DNA of 64,000 bases. Source: an uncultured delta proteobacterium (GTDB lineage Bacteria > Desulfobacterota > Binatia > UBA9968). The stretch covers positions 32,001 through 96,000 of the forward strand of contig CAVYTU010000017.1 of assembly GCA_963771465.1 (NCBI GenBank), written 5' to 3'. Made by a program: the position numbers and the translations under genes. This document shows, one piece after another, positions 9,833 to 18,258 of this stretch; the stretch's first letter is position 1; each line of letters starts with the position of its first letter. The notes beneath the pieces were generated by a model, which was not told the DNA's origin, did not search any database, and worked only from the letters and a program-made list of their open reading frames with translations.

Positions 9833-10324
9833 TCAGTAAATTCCCAGGGTCAATCCAGCGGCGATAGTCGCGCCGATTTCTTCGCAGCGTTGAAGATCGA
9901 ACTGGCCGATCTGTTTGCGCGCTAGGATTTCGTCGGGTGTCTGGGCATAGGTGCAGACGATGATTGGATCGGCGATCGCTTTCAAACGCCAGCCGGTGGC
10001 GATGCGCTGAATCTGGCGCGCGGCGTTTTCGCCGTCGCTGCCAGCGCAAATCAACGTCGCGTAGGGTCGGCCGACGATTCGGTCGAGGGCAGCGTAATAA
10101 GTACGGTCGAAGAAATCTTTCATGACGCCGGACATCATGGCGAGATTTTCCGGCGTGGCGAAAATGTAGCCGTCAGCTTCGAGCACTTCGTTAGCTCCAG
10201 CTTCGCCGGCGTGGATCAAATTCACCACCACTTCTGGTTCTGACGCCGCACCGCTGGCCGCCGCCTGCGCCATCTGGTAGGCCCCGCCGGTCATGGAGTG
10301 AAAGACAATCAGAAGCTTTTTCAT
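9833..10324 (-). CDS. Flavodoxin / WrbA-like NAD(P)H-dependent FMN protein
   Basis: 'LLIVFHSMTGG', 'ADGYIFATPENL..MSG.MKDFFDR' and 'AGSDG'. Start moved to ATG 10324 because the upstream extension runs through repeat DNA. Confidence 0.85.
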   Translation of the reverse strand: MKKLLIVFHSMTGGAYQMAQAAASGAASEPEVVVNLIHAGEAGANEVLEADGYIFATPENLAMMSGVMKDFFDRTYYAALDRIVGRPYATLICAGSDGENAARQIQRIATGWRLKAIADPIIVCTYAQTPDEILARKQIGQFDLQRCEEIGATIAAGLTLGIY

Positions 10325-10435
10325 CCGGAATGATTTAACCACAAAGCTGAGAATCTTCACATAGAAGGAGGAATCGGTGCTTCGGAAGTTTAACCGCAAA
10401 GAACGTAAACTAGGGGGGCGCAGCAAGCTGCACCC

Positions 10436-11356
10436 TTAAGTTAGGCTAGCGATGAGATGGTCGATATAGCCTTCGTCATCCAGTTCTTTGACCCAGTGCA
10501 AATCCCAGAGCGTCAACGGATTCTCCACGGTCGGGCCGTATTCTTGGGCGGCGATATCATTGGTGTTCATTATCGCTTCGATGGTGGGGTAGGGTTTGAC
10601 TTGGAGCAGTTCGGCGATGGAGTCGATTTGGCGGCGTAACTCAGCGTGGTCGGCAACTTTCATCAAGCGCATGGGCTCTTGCTTGATGATCTCCATCGCT
10701 TCGTCGCGGCGATAGATCAAAAGCGCAACCGCGTGAATCACGGCTTTCATGTAGTCTTTGAGCAGCGCGGAATTTTGCCCGCCGAACTCGGCGGTGCAGG
10801 CTTGGGCGAATAGGCTGACGACTTCCGCTTCGGTGGCGGGAAAAACTTTCAGTCCAGCGGCCAACGCGTCGGGCAAATAAATCGGCGCGACGAAACACGC
10901 GGTGCATTCACCGCTTACGACTCTCTGCCACTGCTTCCAGCGGCCGATCTCTTTGTCGGTGACGATGATGGTCTTTACTTCCTTCTCCAAGCCGACCTTG
11001 CGCAGCCAAAGCGTGATTCGGTGCGGCCGGCCGAGATCGCGCACCGCCATTGTTTTGCCGCGCAGATCGTCAAGCGAGTTGAAGGACTGCGCGACGACCA
11101 GTTTCAAACCGCGTTGAATCTGCGGTGCGCAGAACAGTGTGATGTTCCTGCCCTTGGCCGCTTCGGTATGGAGATATTCGATATGTTCGATAATGACGTC
11201 GCAGTGTCCTTGGAATAGCGCTGCTTCGAATGCCGCTTGCTCTTCGATTTGAACGACCTCGACCGCGACACCGTAGTGGCGCTCGGCCATCGCTTTGATG
11301 CAGTAGATAACGGGTGTGCGATCGTGGTCACGGTAGGCGAGTCTGATGTTGCGCAT
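10436..11356 (-). CDS. NMT1/SsuA-like substrate-binding-fold protein lacking a signal peptide
   Basis: 'SLDDLRGKTMAV', 'KPYPT' and C-terminal 'WVKELDDEGYID' are shared with the NMT1-like SBPs at 41.5-43.5 kb; N-terminus is not hydrophobic. Confidence 0.65.
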   Translation of the reverse strand: MRNIRLAYRDHDRTPVIYCIKAMAERHYGVAVEVVQIEEQAAFEAALFQGHCDVIIEHIEYLHTEAAKGRNITLFCAPQIQRGLKLVVAQSFNSLDDLRGKTMAVRDLGRPHRITLWLRKVGLEKEVKTIIVTDKEIGRWKQWQRVVSGECTACFVAPIYLPDALAAGLKVFPATEAEVVSLFAQACTAEFGGQNSALLKDYMKAVIHAVALLIYRRDEAMEIIKQEPMRLMKVADHAELRRQIDSIAELLQVKPYPTIEAIMNTNDIAAQEYGPTVENPLTLWDLHWVKELDDEGYIDHLIASLT

Positions 11357-11369
11357 GATTGGAATCAGA

Positions 11370-12104
11370 TCAGAACGGACCGGCTGACACACTCGGCCAC
11401 GATGCCAATAATTTGCCGTAGCCCGTGATGTTGTAGCTGAGTCCGAGCTTGGAAAGAATCAGCCAGAGCATCGCCGGGTTGCTCGCGATGATGGGCAATT
11501 TCAATTCGACTTCCAGTTTGTCGAGGATCGGGATTGGATCGAGCAGGGCACCCTGAAAGTAAATCGCTTCGACATTGGGATACTCGCTCAGCGCTTTTCG
11601 CGTCATCGCTTCGACATCGCTCGACATCAGTTTCTGGGCGTCCGTGTGGGCGCGCAGGACTTGCGGCGGATAAAACGACTCGATGCCGAACGCCGCAAGA
11701 TAATCGTAATACAATTTCTTCAGTTGGTCGTCGACCGGAGTCATGAGCAGAATGCGCTTGGCGGAGAACGCCTTGAGCGCGGCTACCGATGAACGAAGCG
11801 CCAGAGCGACGGGAATAGGCAATGCCGCAGAAACCTGCTCCCACATGCCGGCATTGAGCACTTCTTTCGGCGCGCCGCTTATGATCAGGCCGTTCCAACC
11901 GTGTGCCGCGATCAATTGCTGCGACTGGTCGATCAGAGCGTCGACTTTGCCTTTGGCATTGTAAAGCGACGAGTTGGCACCCAGCTCTTGCACGAAGGTA
12001 AAGTCGATGTCGTCGGGGATGAAGTTTTTGAAGCTCGTATGATGCGGGCTTGACGCTGCGCTGGAGCCGAGGAAGCCGATCTTGGTTCGCGTCACATCCG
12101 CCAT
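11370..12104 (-). CDS. Asp/Glu racemase superfamily protein (maleate isomerase/AMDase-like) with no cysteines
   Basis: 'ALKAFSAKRILLMTP', 'LEVELKLPIIASNPAMLW' and 'GYGKLL' family motifs; GGGGGA RBS before ATG 12104. Confidence 0.75.
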   Translation of the reverse strand: MADVTRTKIGFLGSSAASSPHHTSFKNFIPDDIDFTFVQELGANSSLYNAKGKVDALIDQSQQLIAAHGWNGLIISGAPKEVLNAGMWEQVSAALPIPVALALRSSVAALKAFSAKRILLMTPVDDQLKKLYYDYLAAFGIESFYPPQVLRAHTDAQKLMSSDVEAMTRKALSEYPNVEAIYFQGALLDPIPILDKLEVELKLPIIASNPAMLWLILSKLGLSYNITGYGKLLASWPSVSAGPF

Positions 12105-12290
12105 TGTTCCCCCGTTTCGCCGCCAACGCCAGGTTTGTTTCACGATGGCGGCGTTTGTTTCCGATACCGTGTTGGCTTCAGAATTATTAAAGCGCGAGCA
12201 CAAACGCAATCGAAAAAATTCGTCAGGCGGCTTGACAGCAACTCAACTTAGGATAAAACTGCGCTCAAGTCGCGAGGGAGAGAAAGTCCA

Positions 12291-12479
12291 ATGGAAAGAA
12301 TCGCTGCTCGTTGGTTAGGCTTCGCCGTATCAGAAAGGTTTTCGTTTTTGCTCAAGTCGTCGATCTTTCTCTCCATCTGCGGCGCGACTCTGTTCATCGC
12401 CCTGGCTTCGAGCTATCCGGCGGTGCACGATACCTTGCACAAAGCTCGTCACGCTCTAGCCGTAGTGCCTTGTCACTAA
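12291..12479 (+). CDS. cbtB: CbtB-like small membrane peptide (putative cobalt/metal uptake subunit)
   Basis: One TM helix followed by 'VHDTLHKARHALAVVPCH', matching the CbtB HDxxHxxRH..PCH signature; GAGGGAG RBS. Confidence 0.75.
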   Translation: MERIAARWLGFAVSERFSFLLKSSIFLSICGATLFIALASSYPAVHDTLHKARHALAVVPCH

Positions 12480-13468
12480 AATCATATCTGGCGTTCCTCG
12501 TTCTTGTTGTCTTTGCTTTGCTGGCCGTTCCGCTCTCGGGCCAGGAGTTGAATATTCTATTTCAAACCTCGCCGCCGGTGGATTCGATTCGGCCCCATTC
12601 CGGATTGGTGCGCATGTCGGTGCTCGTCAGCGATGGCGCGGGCAAGCCGGTGGAAAGCGGTTGGGCTAACATTCGTCTCGATGCGCCTGATCGGAGTGGT
12701 TTTTTCTCGACTGATATTCCGCTCGTCGAAGGCACCAAGCTCGCCGAAATGCGCTTGCCGATCACGAGTGGTAAAGCCGAGTGGCAATACGCTTGGCCGA
12801 TTCGCGGCGAATATCGACTCGCCGTCGAGGCGGCCACCACGGACGGCAAGAAGGCGAGCAAGATTTTTGCCATTTCGGTGCGCGAAAACTTGACGAAGTG
12901 GTTAGCACTGGCGGGATTTACACTGGGGCTTTTTCTGTTTGGTTTCGTTGCCGGGAGAATTTTTACTGCGAGAACTGCGACCGCAGCCATTTTACTGCTA
13001 CCGCTACTTTTGTGTGGAACTGCACTTCCTTGCGCCGTCGCTCAAGTTTCACAAGCGTCGGAACAAGCGGCCCAGGCGAACTTGACCATCGAACCGGCTG
13101 TGGTCGGCAAGCCGAGTCGTATTATTTGGCGTTTGGTTGACGACGTCAACGTTCCGAGCGCAGGTGTGATGCTTAGCTTGGCGATCACGCAATTGGAGGA
13201 AGGGCATGCTTTGTTTGCACTTGAGAGGCTCGCAGTGGCTCGCGAGTTTGCAGTGGATTTTCAGTTCGTTGATGGCTCGGAGCATCGCGTGACGGCGGTC
13301 GCCGAGCTGCCCGGCCGACTGCCGATTTCGACCGAGCAGAGTATTTCAGTGACACCCGTTGAGCCGCCTGCAGCAGCGGCGCTCCCGGCGATGGCATTTT
13401 TTCTCTGCGTGATCGCTCTGGGGCTTGGCGTTGGAAGGTGGAGCAAACTTCGCGTGGCGACGCGATGA
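12470..13468 (+). CDS. Membrane-anchored protein with two beta-rich extracytoplasmic domains
   Basis: In-frame TTG at 12470 overlaps the cbtB end; signal peptide, beta-rich domain, TM, second beta-rich domain, C-terminal TM. Confidence 0.7.
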   Translation: MSLKSYLAFLVLVVFALLAVPLSGQELNILFQTSPPVDSIRPHSGLVRMSVLVSDGAGKPVESGWANIRLDAPDRSGFFSTDIPLVEGTKLAEMRLPITSGKAEWQYAWPIRGEYRLAVEAATTDGKKASKIFAISVRENLTKWLALAGFTLGLFLFGFVAGRIFTARTATAAILLLPLLLCGTALPCAVAQVSQASEQAAQANLTIEPAVVGKPSRIIWRLVDDVNVPSAGVMLSLAITQLEEGHALFALERLAVAREFAVDFQFVDGSEHRVTAVAELPGRLPISTEQSISVTPVEPPAAAALPAMAFFLCVIALGLGVGRWSKLRVATR

Positions 13469-13489
13469 TAGGAGATTGCAGGCGATAAA

Positions 13490-13517
13490 ATAGGGGCACG
13501 GAATGCCGTGCCCCTAT
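13490..13517. repeat. REP-like palindrome between convergent genes
   Basis: ATAGGGGCACGG-AATG-CCGTGCCCCTAT, a 12-bp perfect stem resembling GTAG-family REPs. Confidence 0.7.
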
Positions 13518-13547
13518 ACGACTTACCTGTATGGTGAAATTCCGCTG

Positions 13548-14348
13548 CTACTTCTCCGACACGTCGATCAAAACGCCGTCGGGATCGGCCATCTGATATT
13601 GGCCAAAGCAGCATGAGGCGAGCAGGTTTTTCCTGACATCGCGCTCGGGATTTTTTTCCGGCCGGGTTTCTTCCTTGGCGTACAAATGGGCGTGCTTTTC
13701 TACGTCGGCTTTAAAAGCGGATAGACTTTCCACCTTGAAGCCGATGTGATCGAGTGCGGGCCGCTCGATGCCTGAACCGGAGAAGTCGGAAATCTTCCAC
13801 GGCATCACCGCCAGCGTCACCTTGCCGTCGGATAGGTAATGATTCGGATCACCCTGGGGTTTTTCTAACTCGGTCAGTTCAAAGACATCGCGATAGAATT
13901 CGCCGCATAAATCCGCGTCGACGCAGCGCAGGCCGAAGTGGCCGATGCGCCGTTTGCGCTCTTCGACCTGGTCGGTGTAAATGTCCCGGCGGTTTTCCAT
14001 ATTCAACTGCGACAAATCGAAGACGTTGCCGTTGGGATCGTGCATACTGATGCCGGCGAAGGGCCGGTTGCTCGGCCGATGCAACACTTGGATTTTGGGG
14101 TATTTGTCTTTGAGCCGGCCGAAGACGACCTCGGTGTCTTGGACTTCGAAGCCGAAATGATCGAAGCCGGCTTGGCGCCCCGGCGCGCGCGGGTTCAAGT
14201 TCAACCCAACGTAGCCGTCGCCCACGACCACGGCACCACCGGCGCGCTGTAGGCTTGATCGTTTCATGCCAAAAATATCCCGGTAAAAATTACCTTCATG
14301 ATCTGCATTGCTGGTGACGATAGCCATGTGTCTCATTTGTGCAAACAT
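13548..14348 (-). CDS. Two-domain VOC/glyoxalase family protein
   Basis: 'MRHMAI', 'FDHFGFEV', 'DPNGNVFDL', second domain 'IGHFGL', 'LDHIGFKV' and 'DPDGVLID'. Confidence 0.88.
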   Translation of the reverse strand: MFAQMRHMAIVTSNADHEGNFYRDIFGMKRSSLQRAGGAVVVGDGYVGLNLNPRAPGRQAGFDHFGFEVQDTEVVFGRLKDKYPKIQVLHRPSNRPFAGISMHDPNGNVFDLSQLNMENRRDIYTDQVEERKRRIGHFGLRCVDADLCGEFYRDVFELTELEKPQGDPNHYLSDGKVTLAVMPWKISDFSGSGIERPALDHIGFKVESLSAFKADVEKHAHLYAKEETRPEKNPERDVRKNLLASCCFGQYQMADPDGVLIDVSEK

Positions 14349-14380
14349 AGCGGCTCCTTTTGCGCGGTTAAGATAAAGCT

Positions 14381-14410
14381 AACGTAGTTGAGGTATGAGT
14401 CGGTTGTCAA
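14381..14410 (-). promoter_or_regulatory. Putative sigma70 promoter for the VOC gene
   Basis: Minus-strand TTGACA-N18-TACGTT, about 30 nt upstream of ATG 14348. Confidence 0.45.
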
Positions 14411-14424
14411 CTCGAATGTAAACC

Positions 14425-14483
14425 GAGTGCTGGAGTAATGGGGGAGAGATGCGAACCCAACACTCCACTACTCCACCACGCCA
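14425..14483. repeat. Short-period (TGGAGTA/TACTCCA) inverted intergenic repeat
   Basis: GAGTGCTGGAGTAATGG ... CCAACACTCCACTACTCCA just downstream of the aldehyde dehydrogenase stop. Confidence 0.55.
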
Positions 14484-14495
14484 AATCTTCCCGGC

Positions 14496-15959
14496 TTACA
14501 CGTTAACGATGACCACACCTTTCGGTTCGAGGTAGTAGTCGAGCGCTTCCGGGCCGTGCTCGCGGCCGACGCCGCTCGACTTGACGCCGCCGAAGGGCAG
14601 TTCGTCATAGCCGTAGTGGAGCGAGTTGACCCAGACGTTGCCGGCTTGGAGCTTATCGATCGCCTTGTTGGCGTGGAGTAGATTCCGTGTCCAGATCGAC
14701 GAACCAAGACCGAACTCCGACGAGTTGGCTTTCTCCAACGCTTCATCAAGGGTTTTGAAAGTATAGACCGGCAGCGCGGGACCAAAAACTTCTTCCTTGG
14801 TCAAGCGCGAGTCATCGGGCACGTTGGTCATGAGCGTCGGCAGATAGAAAAAGCCGTTATCGAACTCGGCGCCTTTGGGACGCTCGCCGCCGAAGAGAAC
14901 TTTGCCGCCGCGCGCCTTGGCGTCCTCGACTTGCTCTTCGACTTCCTGGCGCTGCGCGCCGACGTGAATCGGTCCCATGCGGGTCTCTTTGCTCATGCCG
15001 TTGCCGACGGTTTTCTTCTTCAAGATTTCCACCAAGCCGCCGATGAAATTGTCGGCGATGGATTCTTGCAGGAACAATCGCTTCACGCCCAAACACATCT
15101 GGCCGCAGTTAAAATAGCGGCCGACATCGGCCATCTTCACGGCCAAATCAACATTGGCATCTTCCATGACGATCATCGGATCGCTGCCGCCCAATTCCAA
15201 CGTCACGCGCTTGATCTCGCGGCCGGCGACTTCCATGACATGGCGGCCAATGGGCGTCGAGCCGGTGAACGCGATGCGGCGCACGCGCGGATTACGCAAA
15301 AGTTCTTCGCCAACGCTGCCGCCGGGGCCGGTGACGATGTTGACCGTACCCTTGGGCAACTGCTTTTGCGCTTTGCCTTCGCCGAATGTCGCTTGGGCGA
15401 TCAGTTCAATGACTTTGATCGTCGCCAGCGGCGTCGTGCTCGCCGGCTTGATGATGATCGTGTTGCCGGCGGCCAGCGCTGGACCGAGCTTGGTACCCAT
15501 TAAAGTCAGTGGAAAATTCCACGGTACGATACCGCCGCACACGCCGATCGGTTGGCGCACGACCATGCCATAGGCATTTTTTTGCGGCAGGGGCACATGG
15601 GAGCCGCGGACTTTGGACGCCAGGCCGGCGTAAAATTCCAACCCGTGGACAAGATGATGAATCTCCAAGCCCGCTTCGAACAGCGTCTTGCCCTGTTCTT
15701 GAGTCAGCAGTTGGGCGATTTCCGCAGTATTTTTCTTGATTAACTCGCCGGCGTTCATCAGCGCATTGCCGCGATCCTCGGGGGAGACATCGGCCCAAAC
15801 CTTAAAGGCTTCCTCAGCAGCTGAAATAGCTTGCTGTACGTCCTTGTCGTTGCCCTGGGGCACGGTGTCGACGGTCGCGCCGGTGGCGGGATTGCGCACT
15901 TCGCTGGTATTTTTGGTTACCGAATCGACGGACTCGCCGCCGATGAACATCTTGGCCAT
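14496..15959 (-). CDS. NAD(P)-dependent aldehyde dehydrogenase
   Basis: 'PWNFP', 'FTGST', 'LELGG', catalytic Cys in 'GQMC', 'EEVFGP' and 'PFGGVK.SG.GRE'. Confidence 0.95.
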   Translation of the reverse strand: MAKMFIGGESVDSVTKNTSEVRNPATGATVDTVPQGNDKDVQQAISAAEEAFKVWADVSPEDRGNALMNAGELIKKNTAEIAQLLTQEQGKTLFEAGLEIHHLVHGLEFYAGLASKVRGSHVPLPQKNAYGMVVRQPIGVCGGIVPWNFPLTLMGTKLGPALAAGNTIIIKPASTTPLATIKVIELIAQATFGEGKAQKQLPKGTVNIVTGPGGSVGEELLRNPRVRRIAFTGSTPIGRHVMEVAGREIKRVTLELGGSDPMIVMEDANVDLAVKMADVGRYFNCGQMCLGVKRLFLQESIADNFIGGLVEILKKKTVGNGMSKETRMGPIHVGAQRQEVEEQVEDAKARGGKVLFGGERPKGAEFDNGFFYLPTLMTNVPDDSRLTKEEVFGPALPVYTFKTLDEALEKANSSEFGLGSSIWTRNLLHANKAIDKLQAGNVWVNSLHYGYDELPFGGVKSSGVGREHGPEALDYYLEPKGVVIVNV

Positions 15960-16034
15960 TAGGAAACCTCCGAAGAAATTAAAAATTCAATATTAAAAGT
16001 TAAAAAAGTTTCGGACTCTACATTATTGCCTTGG

Positions 16035-16817
16035 TTATTTTCCCTTGAATTGCGCCGTGCGTTTTTCGAGGTAGGCTTTGACGCCTTCTTGGCCGTCTTC
16101 GCTGCCGAAGGTTTGTGCGAGCAATTCGCGCTCGAAAGCCAAGCCGTCCGGCAACGATAGTTCGAGGCCGGTGGTGATGGCGCGCTTTACTTTGCCGACC
16201 GCGAGGCTGCTCTTGTTGGGCACGACGAACTGTTTGGCGTAATCCATTACCTGATCCATGAAGCCGTCTTTCTCGTAGATGTAATGGACGAGACCTATGT
16301 CGAGAGCTTCTTCGAAGGCGATGGTTTTACCCGTGAAGCAAAGCTCCATGGCGCGTGCTTTGCCGACCAAGCGCGGCAAGCGCTGGGTGCCGCCCATGCC
16401 GGGCATGACGCCCAAATTGATTTCCGCCAAGCCGACCTTGCCGCCTTCCTTCTTGGCGATGCGGATGTCGCAGGCCATGGCGATTTCCAAGCCGCCGCCG
16501 ACGGCGTGGCCGTTGATCGCGGCGATGATGATCTTGGGCGTGTTCTCCAAGCGCATCAATACTTCGTGGCCGTGCAGGGCGAAGTTATTTTTAAACCCCA
16601 GAGATTTACTCGACAGCATATTGATGTCGGCGCCGGCGGAGAAAAACTTCTCGACTTTGCCGGTGATGATGATGGCGTGCACGTCGTCGTTAAAACGCGC
16701 GTCGAGAATCGCCGCGTCGAGTTCTTTCAACAGCTCCGTCGTGTAGCTGTTGACCGGCGGGCGGTTGATTTCTAACACCGCGATACCGTTATCAATGCGA
16801 GAATCGATCATTGCCAT
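16035..16817 (-). CDS. Enoyl-CoA hydratase/isomerase (crotonase family)
   Basis: 'FSAGADI', 'GGGLEIAMACDIR' and 'GLAEINLG.MPG.GGTQRL'; GAGGAGG RBS before ATG 16817. Confidence 0.93.
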   Translation of the reverse strand: MAMIDSRIDNGIAVLEINRPPVNSYTTELLKELDAAILDARFNDDVHAIIITGKVEKFFSAGADINMLSSKSLGFKNNFALHGHEVLMRLENTPKIIIAAINGHAVGGGLEIAMACDIRIAKKEGGKVGLAEINLGVMPGMGGTQRLPRLVGKARAMELCFTGKTIAFEEALDIGLVHYIYEKDGFMDQVMDYAKQFVVPNKSSLAVGKVKRAITTGLELSLPDGLAFERELLAQTFGSEDGQEGVKAYLEKRTAQFKGK

Positions 16818-16960
16818 AACTACCTCCTCAAGCAAAATCAACTTCATGAATTAGCTGGCATGACCGCGTAAGTCAAGGCGGCGTCAGCCTCTCTAAGTGG
16901 TTGGAAAGTGCATGCAACTATGGCATCAGTAAGCGAAATTGGCGGCGGAAGGAATGACGG

Positions 16961-18127
16961 TTGGCGAAGCAAGATTTGCATGACGAGCGGCGCGAAAAAG
17001 GGCTTGCGGCGCTGGTCGCGGCGGGAATTGCGATCGACGCGCCCACGATCGCGAGCATCGCGTCGCTCAAAGACGCCATCGGCAAATCGCCGGAGGCCGA
17101 TATTGCCGCGGTATATTTGCTTGGCAAGATTGCCGCGCATGAATCAGTCGAACTCCTTCGCCGGATTGAAAAAAGCGCCGGCGACAAAGACGTAAAGAAA
17201 GAGATCAAGCGCGCCTTATTCAAACTCGCGCAAAAAGGGCTGGCGATCGCCGACGATGCACCAAAGGAGAAAAAGCCCGCAAGGCTGTTTGAGCGCACGC
17301 CCGACATCGAAGCTTACATGTCGGCGGTGGACGGCGGCGGCGGACGTTTGATCTGGATCGCCAAGGCGCAGCCTAGTCACGGCTTGCAAGTGATCCAAGC
17401 GATGTTGCACGACCGCGAAGGACTACTTCGTTTCAGCGGCGTGCAAATGAAACGCAAAGAGCTGCGCGCCATGACTGACCAGATTAAACAGCAGCATGGC
17501 GTGAACATGATCGCGATCCCTTGGCAGTTTGCCGACCAAATTGTCTATGACGGCTACGAGAAAGCCAAAGCGCGAGGCCAGAGCGGTCTGGAGAATTTTC
17601 ACGACATCCGCTCGCTCATTGCCACCGGAAAGCCAAAGCCGGTTACCCATCCGGTTTACGCCAAGCTCGGCGCCGCTGATCTGCGCGACGGTTCCTGGCG
17701 CGAACAGTCGCGCCGGCTGCTCGACGAGCCGGAGCTGCGTTACTGGATCGTGATCGACGATTGGCTGAAAGGATACTTGGAACAGATCGAAGATGCGCGC
17801 ACCAGCCCGCTGGTACTCAATCAAATGCAAAAAGAGGAACGACTCGCGGCGATCGTGCGCGAGGCCGTGAAAAGTTTATGCGCCGGCGAGAGCGGCAAAG
17901 CCTTCAAGCAGCGTATGGAGGATACCGCGCTCTACTTTGCCGAGACCCAGCGCCTGGACCAGGCGAAACTTGCGCTCGCGATCGCCCAGCAAGTCGGCGA
18001 AGGCGAGCCAGGGCCGTTAGATATTTCTTTTCTGACCGGACTGATTCAAAAGAGCTTTGCATTCTACATGTCGCAACAAAAAGCGCAGCAAGACGAAGAG
18101 GAGTCGAGGTTGATCATCAAGCCGTAA
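16961..18127 (+). CDS. Hypothetical helical protein (N-terminal HEAT-like repeat)
   Basis: 388-aa ORF with GAAGGA RBS and natural composition; 'KDVKKEIKRALFKL' HEAT-like helix. Confidence 0.7.
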   Translation: MAKQDLHDERREKGLAALVAAGIAIDAPTIASIASLKDAIGKSPEADIAAVYLLGKIAAHESVELLRRIEKSAGDKDVKKEIKRALFKLAQKGLAIADDAPKEKKPARLFERTPDIEAYMSAVDGGGGRLIWIAKAQPSHGLQVIQAMLHDREGLLRFSGVQMKRKELRAMTDQIKQQHGVNMIAIPWQFADQIVYDGYEKAKARGQSGLENFHDIRSLIATGKPKPVTHPVYAKLGAADLRDGSWREQSRRLLDEPELRYWIVIDDWLKGYLEQIEDARTSPLVLNQMQKEERLAAIVREAVKSLCAGESGKAFKQRMEDTALYFAETQRLDQAKLALAIAQQVGEGEPGPLDISFLTGLIQKSFAFYMSQQKAQQDEEESRLIIKP

Positions 18128-18258
18128 AACGAATTGCAGCGATTTAACAAATCCCATTTTTGGGACGCCGAACGAAGTCATTGTCGATAGAAAAATATTG
18201 AATTCTCGGTAGCTTTGCGATAGACGTTTCCAGGCTTTCCCGAAATCGCACAATCAGC

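Noticed and set aside
12105-12290. Cobalamin riboswitch upstream of the cbtB-like gene
   Set aside because: No recognisable B12-box or conserved core, and little room after the TTGACA at 12232. An Rfam scan would be decisive.
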